Shown: one piece after another, positions 25,667-40,145 of the stretch
Layout of the letters: each line of letters opens with the position of its first letter
Numbering within the stretch: position 1 is the first letter of the stretch
Assembly: GCA_965287045.1 (NCBI GenBank)
Contig: OZ336886.1
Location: 38,936,001 to 39,000,000, forward strand
Direction of reading: 5' to 3'
Length of the DNA stretch: 64,000 nucleotides
Source: Carcharhinus amblyrhynchos
Lineage: Eukaryota
Notes under the pieces: model-generated
The model's input: the letters and a program-made list of their open reading frames with translations, nothing else
Database searches by the model: none
What the model was told of the DNA's origin: nothing
Position numbers and translations under genes: made by a program

Positions 25667-26815
25667 CAACTACAAGAGAAATGCAGGGAAAGCATCAACA
25701 ACTTTACATGACCTTCTTTGATCTCAGAAGAGACTTCAACATTGTGTATGCTGAGAGATTATGGGAAACTATCCTCTGTTGGCTGCCCCAGTGGTCACCA
25801 TTCTCCACCTGCTTCACAGTGACACATAGGCCGTGATCCTGACCAACGGATTCACCACAGATCCAATTCACTTTGGAAATGTAGTCATGAAATTCTGCAT
25901 CATCACTCCAACGCTCTTCTCAATTTTGCTTCATGCAATGCTTAATCTCACACTTAGAGCTAAATTACAGAACATACGACAATCTATTCAGCGATCCTTG
26001 CGTGCAGGCCTGATCCAAAGTCGTCCTATCCTCCTGTCAGTCCACTACGTATAGCAAATGATGATCGCGACCGTACAAAATTTGAGGCCGTCTTCCAAAC
26101 CATGGTCAACACCTTCTTGAAGATGTACGAGAGCATGAGCCTTACATTAAATATTCTGTCACCTGAGGAAGTGTTTGAAGATCAGGAACTCAGTCCCAGA
26201 ACAGGGCTCATGGTTTAGAGTGCAGTTGTGTTACTGCCCATCTATATGGCTCAGGGATGTTGATTATGTACAGCAGGCACCTCAAAACCCTGGAGAAGTT
26301 GCACCAGCGCTGCCTCTGGATGATCCTGAAAATCCATTGGCAGCATAAACACATAACGTCAGTGGTCTCATTTCAAGCCAATATCCCAGCATTGAAGCAT
26401 TGACCATGCTGAGTCAACTCTGCTGGACAGGCCAAACCGCCACATGTCTGACACGAGTTACCCAAAGCAAACGTTGTGCTTGGAGCTTTGATACTGCAAG
26501 TCCCACTGGAGCAGGAATAATGCATCAGTAACACCCTGAAAATGTCCCCAAAACTTACAACAACCCCACTGACACCAGGGAATCCCTCGCGCACGACCAC
26601 TTAAAATGGATGAAAAGCATTGAAAAGGAGCTGGACACCTTGATCTTCATTGCCAAGAGCCAGCGGATGTTGAGCAGTTTTTGGGAAAGGAGTGCGTGGC
26701 AATCCACTCACTCACCCATTCCTTTATTCCATATCAGCACCCCCATGATAGAGATTGTAGGCTGTCATTAGACTGTTCCGCCATCTGTGAAATTATTTTG
26801 AGTGTTGTAGTAAGT
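25667..26815 (+). mobile_element. RTE LINE fragment, variant C (copy 12)
   Basis: ILTNGFTTDPIHFGNVVMKFCIITPTLFSILL remnant; C diagnostics. Confidence 0.88.
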
Positions 26816-27847
26816 GTGGAGAAGCGCGGGGAGTGTTGCATGCCCAGTGTGGAGAGGGCAGGAGACAGGTGGCAAACCCAGTATGAAGTAACACGGAATG
26901 AAGACGGAGATCCTAATGAGGAGCAGTAAAAGAGGAGACTGTTTAACTGAGTGTTGAGTGGAGTGGGGCATTTATCTGTGAACTTCTGTAATGCAACATC
27001 GGGCCAGAAAACTGATCCTAGATTACAACAGTGTTTTCGTAAGGAAATCAATAGCGATCCCAGGGTAGAACAGCATGAGAGGATGGGCAGCAAATGCAGT
27101 GTGGACAGTTTGAGAGGGGAGTGCTGAACCCAGTCTGGAGCAGTATGAGAGGAGAGAGTTGAATCCAGTGTTGAGCAGCGAGGTTGGCGAACCAAGTGTA
27201 GAACAATGTGTTATCAGGAAAATGATAGAAGTATGGAACAAGGCAGCAGCAATCCGGTATGAAGCATCGCAGGAGCAGAGCGCTGGAGCCAGTACGGCGT
27301 GACAGGGCAGAAGATCTGCAAACTCTTTATAATGCGATGGAGGATATAAACAACCAGCCTATTTTCGAGTGGTGAAGCAGGACAGCAATGAACCCACTGC
27401 GAGCTGATAGGAGAAGAGCAATGAAACCAGTGCGGAGCAATGTGAGAAGAGTACTGTGAGTTGAATATGGTGCAGCGCAGGAGAAGAGGAATAGTCTGGA
27501 GCAATGGAGGAAGAGGGAAGTGAACACAGTGATTGTGGGAGAAGAGCGAAGAAACCAGTGAGGCCCAGAGCAGGCAGAGTGTACTGAACCCAGTCGAGCA
27601 ATGCGCAGGGATGTCAAACCCAGTGTGGAGCGCCACGGGAGGAGAGTGAAGATCTCAGTTTAGAAGAACGTGCGAGGAGGTAGTGGGGCGATCCCAGTGT
27701 GGAGCAGCTGTGAGAAGAGCGGTGGAACCCTTTGAGTAGCACAGGAGCAAAGGGCTGATCCCAGTGTGGAGCCATTTAGATGCATGACGATGAACCCAGT
27801 GTTGAGCAGTTCAGCAGGAAACCTGAGGCAGAGAAGCATGGGACGAG

Positions 27848-29136
27848 CAACTACAAGAGAAATGCAGGAAAAGCATCAACAATTTTACATGATCTTCTTT
27901 GATCTCGGAAGAGTCTTCAACGTTGTCTGTGCTGAGAGATTATGGGGAACTATGCTCTGTGTTGGCTGCCCCAGTGATCACCATTCTCCACCTGCTTCAC
28001 AATGACACGTAGGCCATGAGCCTGACCAACGGATCCACCACAAATCCAATTTATACCAATACTGTTCTCAATCTTGCTTCCTACATTGCACCATCTCAGC
28101 CCAGAAAGCTGCCAGTGAAATAGGGCTAAATTACAGATCAAACAAGAATCTGTTCGGCATCCAATAGGTGCTGGCATGATCCAGGGTCGTCCCATCTTGT
28201 CATGGAACTGTATTTGGAAACGATGATTGTGCTTGTGCACAACTGGAGGCCAAGCTCTGAACCGTGGTCAACACTTTCACCAAGATGTATGAGAGCGTGG
28301 GCCTTTCACTAAATATCCAGAAGACAATGGTCCTCTTCCAACCTCCCTCATCGTACAGAACTGATGCTGCCAAAACCAGTCATCAAAATCAACAACATGT
28401 TCTTAGAAAATGTGGACTACATTCCATAACGTGACAAGTCACAATGGCAGACAACAACAAACTTCAACACTGTCTTCAGTGTGCCAACGCAGCCTTCTGT
28501 CACCTGAGGATGTGTTTGAAGATCAGGAACTCAGACAAGCACAAAGCTCATGGTCTACAGGGTCCGAGTGTTACAACCCTCTGTATGGCTCAGAGACGTG
28601 GACTCTGTACAGCAGGCACCTCAAGCCCTGGAGAAATCTCTCCAGTGCTGCCACTGCGAGATCCTGCAAATCCATTGGGTGCAAAGGCACACAACGTCAG
28701 TGGTATCGCTCAGATCAATCTCCTGACCATCGAAGCACTGACCAGGCTGAGTCATCTCTGCTGGGCTGGCCACATCCGCACGTCAGACAGGAGTCTCCCA
28801 AAGCAATTGCTGTACTCAGAGCTTTGATACAGCAAGCCCCAGGAGGGTGGAGAAAATGCATCAAGAACATCCCGAAAACTTCTTCAGAATTTACAACACT
28901 GCCACTGACCCCAAGGAATCCCATGCCCAAGACCGCTTGAAGTGGATGAAAAGCATCTGAGAAGGAGCTGAACACCTTGATCTTCATCACTGAGAGCAAG
29001 TGGAAGCCAAGCATCATCAGGAGAAGGAGCATGGAGCAACTCACGCACTCAGCCACAACCCCCCTGTAATCGAGATTGTATGCTGTCATTAGGCTGCTCC
29101 ATCAGCTGTGAATTTATTTTAAGTGTTTTCGCAAGT
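27848..29136 (+). mobile_element. RTE LINE fragment, variant A (copy 13)
   Basis: A diagnostics; LYGSETWTLYSRHLK and APGG.RKCIKN remnants. Confidence 0.9.
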
Positions 29137-30137
29137 GTGGAGAACTGCAGGTGGAGTGTGGCATTGCCCAGTGTGGAGCAGTGTGGAAGGGTGGCAAACC
29201 TTGTATGTCTTAGTGTGGGATGAGAACGGTGATCCTAAGTAAGAGCAGTGAGCTCAGCTGAGTGTTGATCAGAGTTGTGGGGGGCTGGTTAGTAGCAAAC
29301 TTGTATCACGCAATGTGTGTCCAGACAGCCAATCTCAGTGTACACTGGTGATTTTGTAAGGAGGTGAGTGATGAACCCAGGGTAGAATACCATAAGAGGA
29401 TAGCGGCACAAGCGAAGAAAGAGGAAACCAGTATGCAGCAGAGCCGGAGGACAGCAGTCAACCTCTTGTGGAGCAGCAGAAGAGGAGAGAGATGAATCCA
29501 GTGTGAAGCAGCAAGATTGGCAAACCAAGTGTAGAACAATGTGTTATCAGGAAGGCAAAAGCAGTCTGGAGCAGGTTGGGTGGAATCAGCAGTCCAATAT
29601 GAAACATTGCAGGAGCGGTGAACCTATTATGCCAATGTGGAACATAAATGATGAGCCCAGTTTTGAGTGGTGCCCTAGAAGAGCAATGGATCCAGTATGA
29701 GCAGCATGGGAGAAGAACATGAAACCAGTGTACAGCAATGTGAGAAGAGTACAGCAAATCGAATATTGTGCCGCGCAGCTAGCGCATGATAAATCCAGTC
29801 TGCGGCAGCGAAGGAGAGAGGTGAACACAGTATGGATCATTGTGGGAGAAGAGTGAAGACTCCAGTGTGGACCAGTCCAGGCAGAGTGCAGTGAACCCAG
29901 AGGAGTAGTGCACATGGATGGAGAACCCACTATGGAACAGTGTCGGATGTGAGCAGAGGTCCCGTTTAGAAGGAAGTAGGAGAAGGAGGAATGGTGATCC
30001 AAATGTGGAGCAGTATGTGAGGTGAGTAACGATCCCAGTGAGGGGGCATGTGGATGCATGACAGCGAACCCAGTGTTGAGCAGCACAGCAGCAAGCCCAG
30101 GATGCAGCTGTGAGGGAGGAGCAACTAAACCGAGCAG

Positions 30138-31328
30138 CAACTACAAGGGAAATTCAGGGAACAGCACCAACCCTTGTGTATGACAGTCTTTAATCTTGCA
30201 AGAGCTGTCAACATTGTCAATCCTGAGGGATTATGGGGCACACTCCATTTCAGCTGCCCCAAATGTTTGTCACATTTCTCCAGCTGCTCCACAATGACAT
30301 GCAAGCCTTGATCGTGACCAATGGATCCACCACAGATCAAATTCGCTTTGGAAATGTGGTTGTGAAATTCTGCATCATCACACCAACGCTCTTCTCAATG
30401 TTGCTTCATGCACACTCTGATCTCACACTCAACAACCTGCCACTGGATTAGAGCTAAATTACAGAACAAACGACAATCTATTCATTGATCCATACATGCA
30501 GGCCTGATCCAAAGTCGTCCTATCCTCCTGTGAGTCAACTACGTATAGCAAATAATGATCGCGACTGCACAAAATTGGAGGCCAAGTTCCAAACCATGGT
30601 CAACACCTTTTCCAAAATGTACAAGAGATGTACATAAATATGCTGTCGCCTGAGGAAGTGTTTGAAGATCAGGAACTCAATCAAATAACAGGGCTCATGG
30701 TCTACAGTGCATTAGTGTTACTGCCTATCTGTATGGCTCAGAAATGTTGATTATGTACAGCAGGCACCTCAAAACCGTGGAGACATAGCACCAGTGCTGC
30801 CTCTGGATGATCCTGAAAATCCATTGATCGCATAAACACACACCAACGCTCTTCTCAATTTTGCCACTGGACAATGGTCACATTCAGGCCAATGTCCCAG
30901 CATTGAAGCATTGACCCAGCTGATTCCACTCTGCTGGGAACACCATATCGCCAAATGTCTGACACGAGACACCCAAAGCAAATGCTGTGCTTGGAGCTTT
31001 GATATTGCAAGCAAGTCCCATAGGAGCAGGAAGAATGCATCAATAACACCCCAAAAACGTCCTCAAAACTTAGAACAACCTCACTGATAGCAGGGAATCC
31101 CTTGCGCAAGACCACTTAAAACGGATGAAAAGCATTGAAAAGGAGCTGAACACCTTGATCTTTATCGCCAAGAGCAAGCGGAAGTCGAGTGGTGTCAGGG
31201 AAGGAGTGCATAGTGATCCACTCACACACCCACTCCTCTATTCCATATCTGTCCCCCATGATAGAGATGGTAAGCTGTCATTAGACTGTTCCGCCATCTG
31301 CGAAATTATTTTGAGTGTTGCAGTAAGT
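30138..31328 (+). mobile_element. RTE LINE fragment, variant B (copy 14)
   Basis: Very similar to copy 4 at +22376. Confidence 0.9.
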
Positions 31329-32355
31329 GTGGAGAAGCGCGGGGAGTGTTGCATGCCCAGTGTGTAGAGGGCAGGAGACAAGTGGCAAACCCAGTATGAA
31401 GTAACACGGAATGAGGACGGTGATCCTAACGAGGAGCAGTAGCAGAGGAGAGTGTTTAACTGAGTGTTGAGTGGGGCGTTCATCGCTGAACTTGTATAAT
31501 GCAACATAGGACCAGAGTATTGATCCTAGACTACAACAGTGTTTTAGTAAGGAGATGAATAGTGAACCCAGGGTAGAACAGCATGAGAGGATGGCAGCAA
31601 ATGCAGTGTGGAGCAGTTTGAGAGGGGAGTGCTGAACCCAGTCTGGAGCAGCATGAGAGGAGAGAGTTGAATCCAGTGTTGAGCAGCGAGGTTGGTGAAC
31701 CAAGTGTGGAACAATGTGTTATCAGGAAAATGAAAGAAGTATGGAGGAAGGCATCAGCAATCCGGTATGAAGCATCGCAGGAGCAGAGCGATGGAGCCAG
31801 TACGGTGTGACAGGGGAGAAGATCTGCAAACTCTTGATAATGTGATGTAGGATATAAACGACCAGCCTATTTTTGAGTGGTGAAGCAGGACAGCAATGAA
31901 CCCAGTGTGAGCTGATAGGAGAAGAGCAATGAAACCACTGCGGAGCAATGTGAGAAGAGCACTGTGAGTTGAATATGGTGCAGCACAGGAGAAGAGGAAT
32001 AGTCTGGAGCAATGGAAGAAGAGAGAAGCGAACACAGTGATCATGGGAGAAGAGCGAAGAAACCAGTGAGGCCCAGCGCAGGCAGAGTGTAGTGAACCCA
32101 GTCAAGCAGTGCGCAGGGATGTCAAACCCAGTGTGCAGCACCACGGGAGAAGAGCGAAGATCTCAGTTTAGAAGAATGTGCGAGGAGGTAGTGGGGCAAT
32201 CCCAGCGTGGAGCAGCTGTGAGACGAGCGGTGGAACCCTTTGAGTAGCACAGGAGCAGAGGGCTGATCCCAGTTTGGAGCCATTTGGATGCATGACGATG
32301 AACCAAGTGTTGAGCAGTTCAGCAGAAAACCTGAGTTGGAGAAGCATGGGACGAG

Positions 32356-33644
32356 CAACTACAAGAGAAATGCAGGGAAACCATCGACAATTTTACATGA
32401 TCTTCTTTGATCTCGGAAGAGTCTTCAACGTTGTCTGTGCTGACAGATTATGGGGAAATATCCTCTGTGTTGGCTGCCCCAGTGGTCACCATTCTCTACC
32501 TGCTTCACAATGACACGTCGGCCATGAGCCTGACCAACGGATCCTCCACAAATCCAACTAACCCAATACTGTTTTCAATCTTGCTTCTGACATTGCACCA
32601 TCTCACCCCCTGAAAGCTGCCAGTGAAATAGAGCTAAATTCCTGAACAAACAAGAATCTGTTCAGCATCCAACAAGTGCAGGCCTGATCCAGGGTCATCC
32701 CATCTTGTCATGGAACTGTATTTGGAAACGATGATTGTGCTTGTGCACAATTGGAGGCCCAGCTCCGAACCATGGTCAACACTTTCTCCAAGATGTATGA
32801 GAGCGTGGGCCTTTCACTAAATATCCAGAAGACAATGGTCCTCTTCCAACCTCCCTCGTCATACAGAACTGATGCCACCAAAGCCAGTCATCAAAATCAA
32901 CAACATGTTCTTGGAAAATGTGGACTACGTTCCATAACGTGACAAGTCACAATGGCAGACAACAACAAACTTCAACACTGTCTTCAGTGTGCCAACGCAG
33001 CCTTCTGTCACCTGAGGATGTGTTTGAAGATCAGGAACTCAGACAAGCACAAAGCTCATGGTCTACAGGGTCCGAGTGTTACAACCCTCTATGTGGCTCA
33101 GAGACGTGGACTCTGTACAGCAGGCACCTCAAACCCTGGAGAAATCCCTCCAGTGCTGCCACTGCAAGATCCTGCAAATCCATTGGCAGCAAAGGCACAC
33201 AACGTCAGTGGTATCGCTCAGATCAATCTCCTGAGCATCGAAGCACTGACCAGGCTGAGTCATCTCTGCTGGGCTGGCCACTTCACCACATCAGACAGGA
33301 GTCTCCCAAAGCAATTTCTGTACTCACAGCTTTGATACAGCAAGCCCCAGGAGGGTAGAGAAAATGCATCAGGTTCATCCCAAAAACTTCTTCACAATTT
33401 ACAACACTGCCACCGACCCCAAGGAATCCCATGCCCAAGACTGCTTGAAGTGGATGAAAAGCATCTGAGAGGGAGCTGAACACTTTGATCTTCATCACTG
33501 AGAGCAAGCAGAAGCCAAACTTCATCAGGAGAAGGAGCATGGAGCAACCCACACACTCACCCACTATCCCCCTGTAATAGAGATTGTACGTTGTCATTAG
33601 ACTGCTCCATCAGCTGTGAATTTATTTTAAGTGTTGTTGCAAGT
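32356..33644 (+). mobile_element. RTE LINE fragment, variant A (copy 15)
   Basis: Very similar to copy 5 at +22376. Confidence 0.9.
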
Positions 33645-34636
33645 GTGGAGAAGCGCAGGTGGAGTGTGGCATTGCCCAGTGTAGAGCAGTGTGGAAGGGT
33701 GGCAAACCTTGTATGTCTTAGTGTGGGATGAGGACGGTGATCCTAATGAAGAGCAGTGAGCTCAACTGAGTGTTGATCAGAGTTGTGGGGGGCTGGTTAG
33801 TGGCAAACTTGCATCACGCAACGTGTGTCCAGACAGCCGATCTCAGTGTACAATGGTGATTTTGTAGGAGGTGAGTGATGAACCCAGGGTAGAATACCGT
33901 AAGAGGATAACGGCAGAAGAGAAGAAGGAGGAAACCAGTATGCAGCAGAGCATGAGGACAGCAGTCAACCTCTTGTGGAGCAGCACAAGAGGAGAGAGAT
34001 GAATCCAGTGTGAAGCAGCAAGATTGGAAAACCAAGTGTAGAACAGTGTGTTATGAGGAAGGCAAAAGCAGTCTGGAGCAGGTTGGGTGGAATCAGCAGT
34101 CCAATGTGAAACATTGCAGGAGCGGTGAACCTAGTATGCCAATGTGGAACATAAATGATGAGCCCAGTTTTGAGTGGTGCCCTAGATGAGCAATGGATCC
34201 AGTGTGAGCAGCATGGGAGTAGAACAAGAAACCAGTGTACAGCAATGTGAGAAGAGTACAACAAATTGAATATTCTGCCACGCAGCTAGCGCATGATAAA
34301 TCCAGTCTGGGGCAGCAAAGAAGGAGAGAGTATGGATCATTGTGGGAGGAGAGTAAAGAATCCAGTGTGGACCAGTCCAGGCGGAGTGCAGTGAACCCAG
34401 AGGAGTAGTGCACATGGATGGAGAACCCACTATGGAACAGTGTCGGATGTAAGCAGAGGTCTGTTTAGAAGGAAGTAGGAGAAGGAGGAATGGTGATCCC
34501 AATGCGGAGCAGTATGTGAGCTGAGTAACGATCCCAGTGAGGTGGCATGTGGATGCATGACAACAAAACCAGTGTTGAGCAGCACAGCAGCAAGCCCAGG
34601 ATGCAGCTGTGAGGGAGGAGCAATTAAACCGAGCAG

Positions 34637-35829
34637 CAACTACAAGGGAAATTCAGGGAACAGCACCAACCCTTGTGTATGACATTCTTTCATCTTGCAA
34701 GAGCTGTGAACATTGTCAATCCTGAGGGAATATGCAGCACACTCCATTTCAGCTGCCCCACATGTTTATCACATTTCTCCAGCTGCTCCACAATGACATG
34801 CAAGCCTTGATCCTGACCAATGGATCCACCACAGATCAAATTCGCTTTGGAAATGTGGTCGTGAAATTCTGCATCATCACACCAACGCTCTTCTCAATGT
34901 TGCTTCATGCACACTCTGATCTCACACTCAGCAACCTGCCACTGGATTAGAGCTAAATTACAGAACAAACGACAATCTATTCAGTGATCCATACATGCCG
35001 GCCTGATCCAAACTCGTCCTATCCTCCTGTCAGTTAGCTACGTATAGCAAATAATGATCGCGACTGCGCAAAATTGGAGGCCAAGTTCCAAACCATGGTC
35101 AACACCTTTTCCAAAATGTACGAGAGATGTACATAAATATGCTGTCGCCTGAGGAAGTGTTTGAAGATCAGGAACTCAGTTAAATACCAGGGCTCATGGT
35201 CTACAGTGCATTGGTGTTACTGCCCATCTGTGTGGCTCAGAAATGTTGATTATGTACAGCAGGCACTTCAAAACCCTGGAGAAGTTACACCAGTGCTGCC
35301 CCTGGATGATCTTGAAAATCCATTGATAGCATAAACACACAGCAACGCTCTTCTCAATTTTGCCACTGGACAATGGTCTCATTCAGGGCAATGTCCCGGC
35401 ATTGAAGCATTGACTATGCTGAGTCAACTCTGCTGGGCACACCATATCGCCAAATGTCTGACACGAGATACCCAAAGCAAATGCTGTGCTTGGAGCTTTG
35501 ATACTGCAACGAAGTCCCATAGGAGCAGGAAAAATGCATCAATAACACCCTGAAAACATCCTCAAAACTGAGAGCAACCCCACAGATAGCAGGGAATCCG
35601 TTGCACAAGACCATTTAATGTGGATGAAAAGCATTGAAAACAAGCTGAACACCTTGATCTTTATCGCCAAGAGCAAGCGGAAGTCGAGTGGTGTCAGGAA
35701 AGGAGTGTATTGTGATCCACTCACTCACCCACTCCTCTACTCCATATCTGCCCCCTGTGATAGAAATTGTAGGTTATCATTCGACTGTTCCGCCCGCCAT
35801 CTGTGAAATTATTTTGTGTTGTCGTAAGT
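34637..35829 (+). mobile_element. RTE LINE fragment, variant B (copy 16)
   Basis: B diagnostics with several private substitutions. Confidence 0.9.
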
Positions 35830-36848
35830 GTGGAGAAGCACGGGGAGTGTTGCATGCCCAGAGTGAAGAGGGCAGGAGACAGGTGGCAAACCCAGTATGA
35901 AGAAACACGGAATGAGGACGGACATCCAAATGAGGAGCAGCAGCTGAGGAGTGTGATTAACTAAGTATTGAGTGGAGTGGGGCGTTTATTGGTGAACTTG
36001 GATATTGCAACACAGGACCAGAGAACTGATCCTAGAGTGCAACAGTGTTTTAGTGAGGAGATGAATAGTGATCCCAGGGTAGAACAGCATGAGAGGATGG
36101 CAGCAAATGCAGTGTGGAGCAGTTTGTGAGGGGAGTGCTGAACCCAGTCTGGAGCAGTATGAGAGGAGAGAGTTGAATCCAGTGTTGAGCAGTGAGGTTG
36201 GCGAACCAAGTGTAAAAAAGTGTGTTATCAGGAAAGTGAAAGAAGTGTGGAGCAAGGCATCAGCAATCCGGTCTGAAGCATCGCAGGAGCAGAGCGGTGG
36301 AGCCAGTACGGCGTGACAGGGGAGAAGATCTGCAACTCTTTATAATGTGATGTAGGATATAAACGACCAGCCTATTTTCGAGTGGTGAAGCAGGACGGCA
36401 ATGAGTCCAGTGCGAGCAGATCGGAGAAGAGCAATGAATCCAATGCAGAGCAATGTGAGAAGAGTACTGTGAGTTGAATATGGTGCAGCACAGGAGAAGA
36501 GGAATAGTCTGGAGGAATGGAAGAAGAGAGAAGTGAACACAGTGATCGTGGGAGAAGAGCGAAGAAACCTGTTTGGCCCAGTGCAGGCAGCGTGCAGTAA
36601 ACCCCAGTCGAGCAGTGCGCAGGGATATCAAACCCAGTGTGGAGCACCACGGGAGGAGAGTGAAGATCTCAGTTTAGAAGAATGTGGGAGGAGGTGATGG
36701 GGCAATCCCAGTGTGGAGCAGCATGTGAGGAGAGCGGTGGAACCCATTGAGTAGCACAGGAGCAGAGGGCTGATCCCAGTGTGCATGACGATGAACCCAG
36801 TGTTGAGCAGTTCTGCAGGAAACCTGAGTTGGAGAAGCATGGGACGAG

Positions 36849-37112
36849 CAACTACAAGAGAAATGCAGGGAAAGTATCAACAACTTTACATGATCTTCTT
36901 TGATCTCGGAAGAGTCTTCAACGTTGTCTATGCTGAGAGATTATGGGGAACTATCCTCTGTGTTGGCTGCCCCAGTGGTCACCATTCTCCACCTGCTTCA
37001 CAATGACACGTAGGCCGTGAAGCTGACCAACAGATCCACCACAAATCCAACTTATACCAATACTGTTCTCAATCTTGCTTCCTACGTTGCACCATCTCAG
37101 CCCCAGAAAGCT
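36849..37112 (+). mobile_element. RTE LINE fragment, variant A, truncated by ~1.2-kb deletion (copy 17)
   Basis: A-type 5' part ends at ccccagaaagct and is joined to the interior of an X spacer (gtccagacagccg). Confidence 0.88.
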
Positions 37113-37926
37113 CTCAGTCCAGACAGCCGATCTCAGCGTACAATGGTGATTTTGTAAGGAGGTGAGTGATGAACCCAGAGTAGAATACCATAAGAGGATA
37201 GCGGCACAAGAGAAGAAGGAGGAAACCTGTATGCAGCAGAGCATGAGGACAGCAGTCAACCTCTCGTGGAGCAGCACAAGAGGAGAGAGATGAATCCAGT
37301 GTGAAGCAGCAAGATTGGCAAACCAAACAATGTGTTATCAGGAAGGCAAAAGCAGTCTGGAGCAGGTTGGGTGGAATCAGCTGTCCTTTGTGAAACATTG
37401 CAGGAGCGGTGAACCTCGTATGCCAATGTGGAATATAAATGATGAGCCCAGGTTTCACTGGTGCCCTAGAAGAGCAATGGATCCAGTGTGAGCAGCATGG
37501 GAGAAGAACATGAAACCAGTGTACAGCAATGTGAGAAGAGTACAGAAAATTGAATATTGTGCCGCGCAGTTAGCGCATGATAAATCCAGTCTGGGGCAGC
37601 GAAGGAGAGGTGAACAAAGTATGGATCATTGTGGGAGAAGAGTAAAGACTCCAGTGTGGACCAGTCCAGGCACGGTGCAGTGAACCCAGAGGAGTAGTGC
37701 ACATGGATGGAGAACCCACTCTGGAACAGTGTCGGATGAGAGCAGAGGTCCCGTTTAGAAGGAAGTAGGAGAAGGAGGAATGGTGATCCCAATGTGGAGC
37801 AGTATGTGAGGTGTGTAACGATCCCAGTGAGGGGGCATGTGGATGCATGACAACGAACCCAGTGTTGAGCAGTACAGCAGCAAGCCCAGGATGCAGCTGT
37901 GAGGGAGGAGCAACTAAACCGAGCAG

Positions 37927-39117
37927 CAACTACAAGGGAAATTCAGGGAACAGCACCAACCCTTGTGTATGACATTCTTTCATCTTGCAAGAGCCGTCAA
38001 CATTGTCAATCCTGAGGGATTATGGAGCACACTCCATTTCAGCTGCCCCAAATATTTGTCACATTTCTCCAGCTGCTCCACAATGACATGCAAGCATTGA
38101 TTCTGACCAATGGATCCACCACAGATCAAGTTCGCTTTGGAAATGTGGTCATGAAATTCTGCATCATCACACCAACGCTCTTCTCAATTTTGCTTCATGC
38201 ACTCTCTCATCTCACACTCTGCAACCTGCCACTGAATTAGTGCTAAAATACAGAACAAACGACAATCTATTCAGTGACGCACACATGCAGGCCTGATCCA
38301 AAGTCGTCCTATCCTCCTGTCAGTCAACTTCGTATAGCAAATAATGATCACGACTGCGCAAAATTGGAGGCCAAGTTCCAAACCATGGTCAACACCTTTT
38401 CCAAAATGTATGAGAGATGTACATAAATATGTTGTCGCCTGAGGAACTGTTTGAAGATCAGGAACTCACTCAAATACCAGGGCTCATGGTCCACAGTGCA
38501 GTAGTGTTACTGCCCATCTGTATGGCTCAGAAATGTTGATTTTGTACAGCAGGCCCCTCAAAGCCCTGGAGAAGTCGCACCAGCGCTGCCTCTGGATGAT
38601 CCTGAAAACCCATTGATAGCAGAAACACACACCAACGCTCTTCTCAATTTTGCCACTGGACAGTGGTCTCACTCAGGCCAATATCCCAGCATTGAAGCAT
38701 TGACCATGCTGAGTCAACTCTGCTGGGCACGCCATATCGCCAAATGTCTGACACGAGATACCCAAAGCATATGCTGTGCTTGGAGCTTCGATATTGCGAG
38801 CAAGTCCCATAGGAGCAGGAAGAATGCATCAATAACACCCTGAAAACGTCCTCAGAAGTTCGAACAACCCCACAGATAACAGGGAATCCCTTGCACAAGA
38901 CCATTTAAAATGGATGAAAAGCATTGAAAAGGAGTTGAACACCTTGATCTTCATTACCAAGAGCAAGCGGAAGTCGAGCGGTGTCAGGAAAGGAGTGCAT
39001 TGTGATCCACTCACTCACCCAATCCTCTATTCCATATCTGCCTCCCGTGATAGAAATTGTAGGCTATCGTTCGACTGTTCCGCCATCTGTGAAATTATTT
39101 TGAGTGTTGTAGTAAGT
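37927..39117 (+). mobile_element. RTE LINE fragment, variant B (copy 18)
   Basis: Matches copy 8 at +21147. Confidence 0.9.
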
Positions 39118-40145
39118 GTGGAGAAGCACGTGGAGTGTTGCATGCCCAGTGTGAAGAGGGCAGGAGACAGGTGGCAAACCCAGTATCAAGTAACACGGAA
39201 TGAGGACGGAGATCCTAATGAGGAGCAGCAGCTGAGGAGAGTGTTTAACTAAGTATTGAGTGGATGGGGCTTTTATTGGTGAACTTGTATAATGCAACAC
39301 AGGACCAGAGAACTGATCCTAGAGTACAACATTGTTTTAGTAAGGAGATGAATAGTGATCCCAGGGTAGAACAGCATGAGAGGATGGCAGGAAATGCAGT
39401 GTGGAGCAGTTTGAGAGGGGAGTGCTGAACCCAGTCTGGAGCAGTATGAGAGGAGAGAGTTGAATCCAGCGTTGAGCAGCAAGGTTGGCGAACCAAGTGT
39501 AGAAAAATGTATTATCAGAAAAGTGAAAGAAGTATGGAGCAAGGCATCAGCAATCCGGTATGAAGCATCGCAGGAGCAGAGTGGTGGAGCCAGTACGACG
39601 TGACAGGGGAGAAGATCTGCAACTCTCTCTAATGTGATGTCAGATATAAACGACCAGCCTATTTTCGAGTGGTGAAGCAGGACGGCAATGAACCCAGTGT
39701 GAGCAGATAAGAAAAGAGCAATGAAACCAGTGCGGAGCAAAGTGAGTAGAGCACTGTGAGTTGAATATGGTGCAGCACAGGAGAAGAGGAATAGTCTGGA
39801 ATAATGGAAGAAGAGAGAAGCGAACACAGTGATCGTAGAAGAGCGAAGAAACCAGTGTGGCCCAGTGCAGGCAGAGTGCAGTAAACCCAGTCGAGCAGTG
39901 CGCAGGGATGTCAAGCCCAGTGTGGAGCACCGCGGGAGGAGAGTGAAGATCTCAGTTGAGAAGAATGTGGGAGGAGGTGGTGGGGCAATCCCAGTGTGGA
40001 GCAGCGTGTGAGGAGAGTGGTGGAACCCATTGAGTAGCACAGGAGCAGAGGGCTGAACGGAGTATGGAGCCATTTGGATGCATGACGATGAACCTAGTGT
40101 TGAGCAGTTCAGCAGGAAACCTGAGTTGGAGAAGCATGGGATGAG

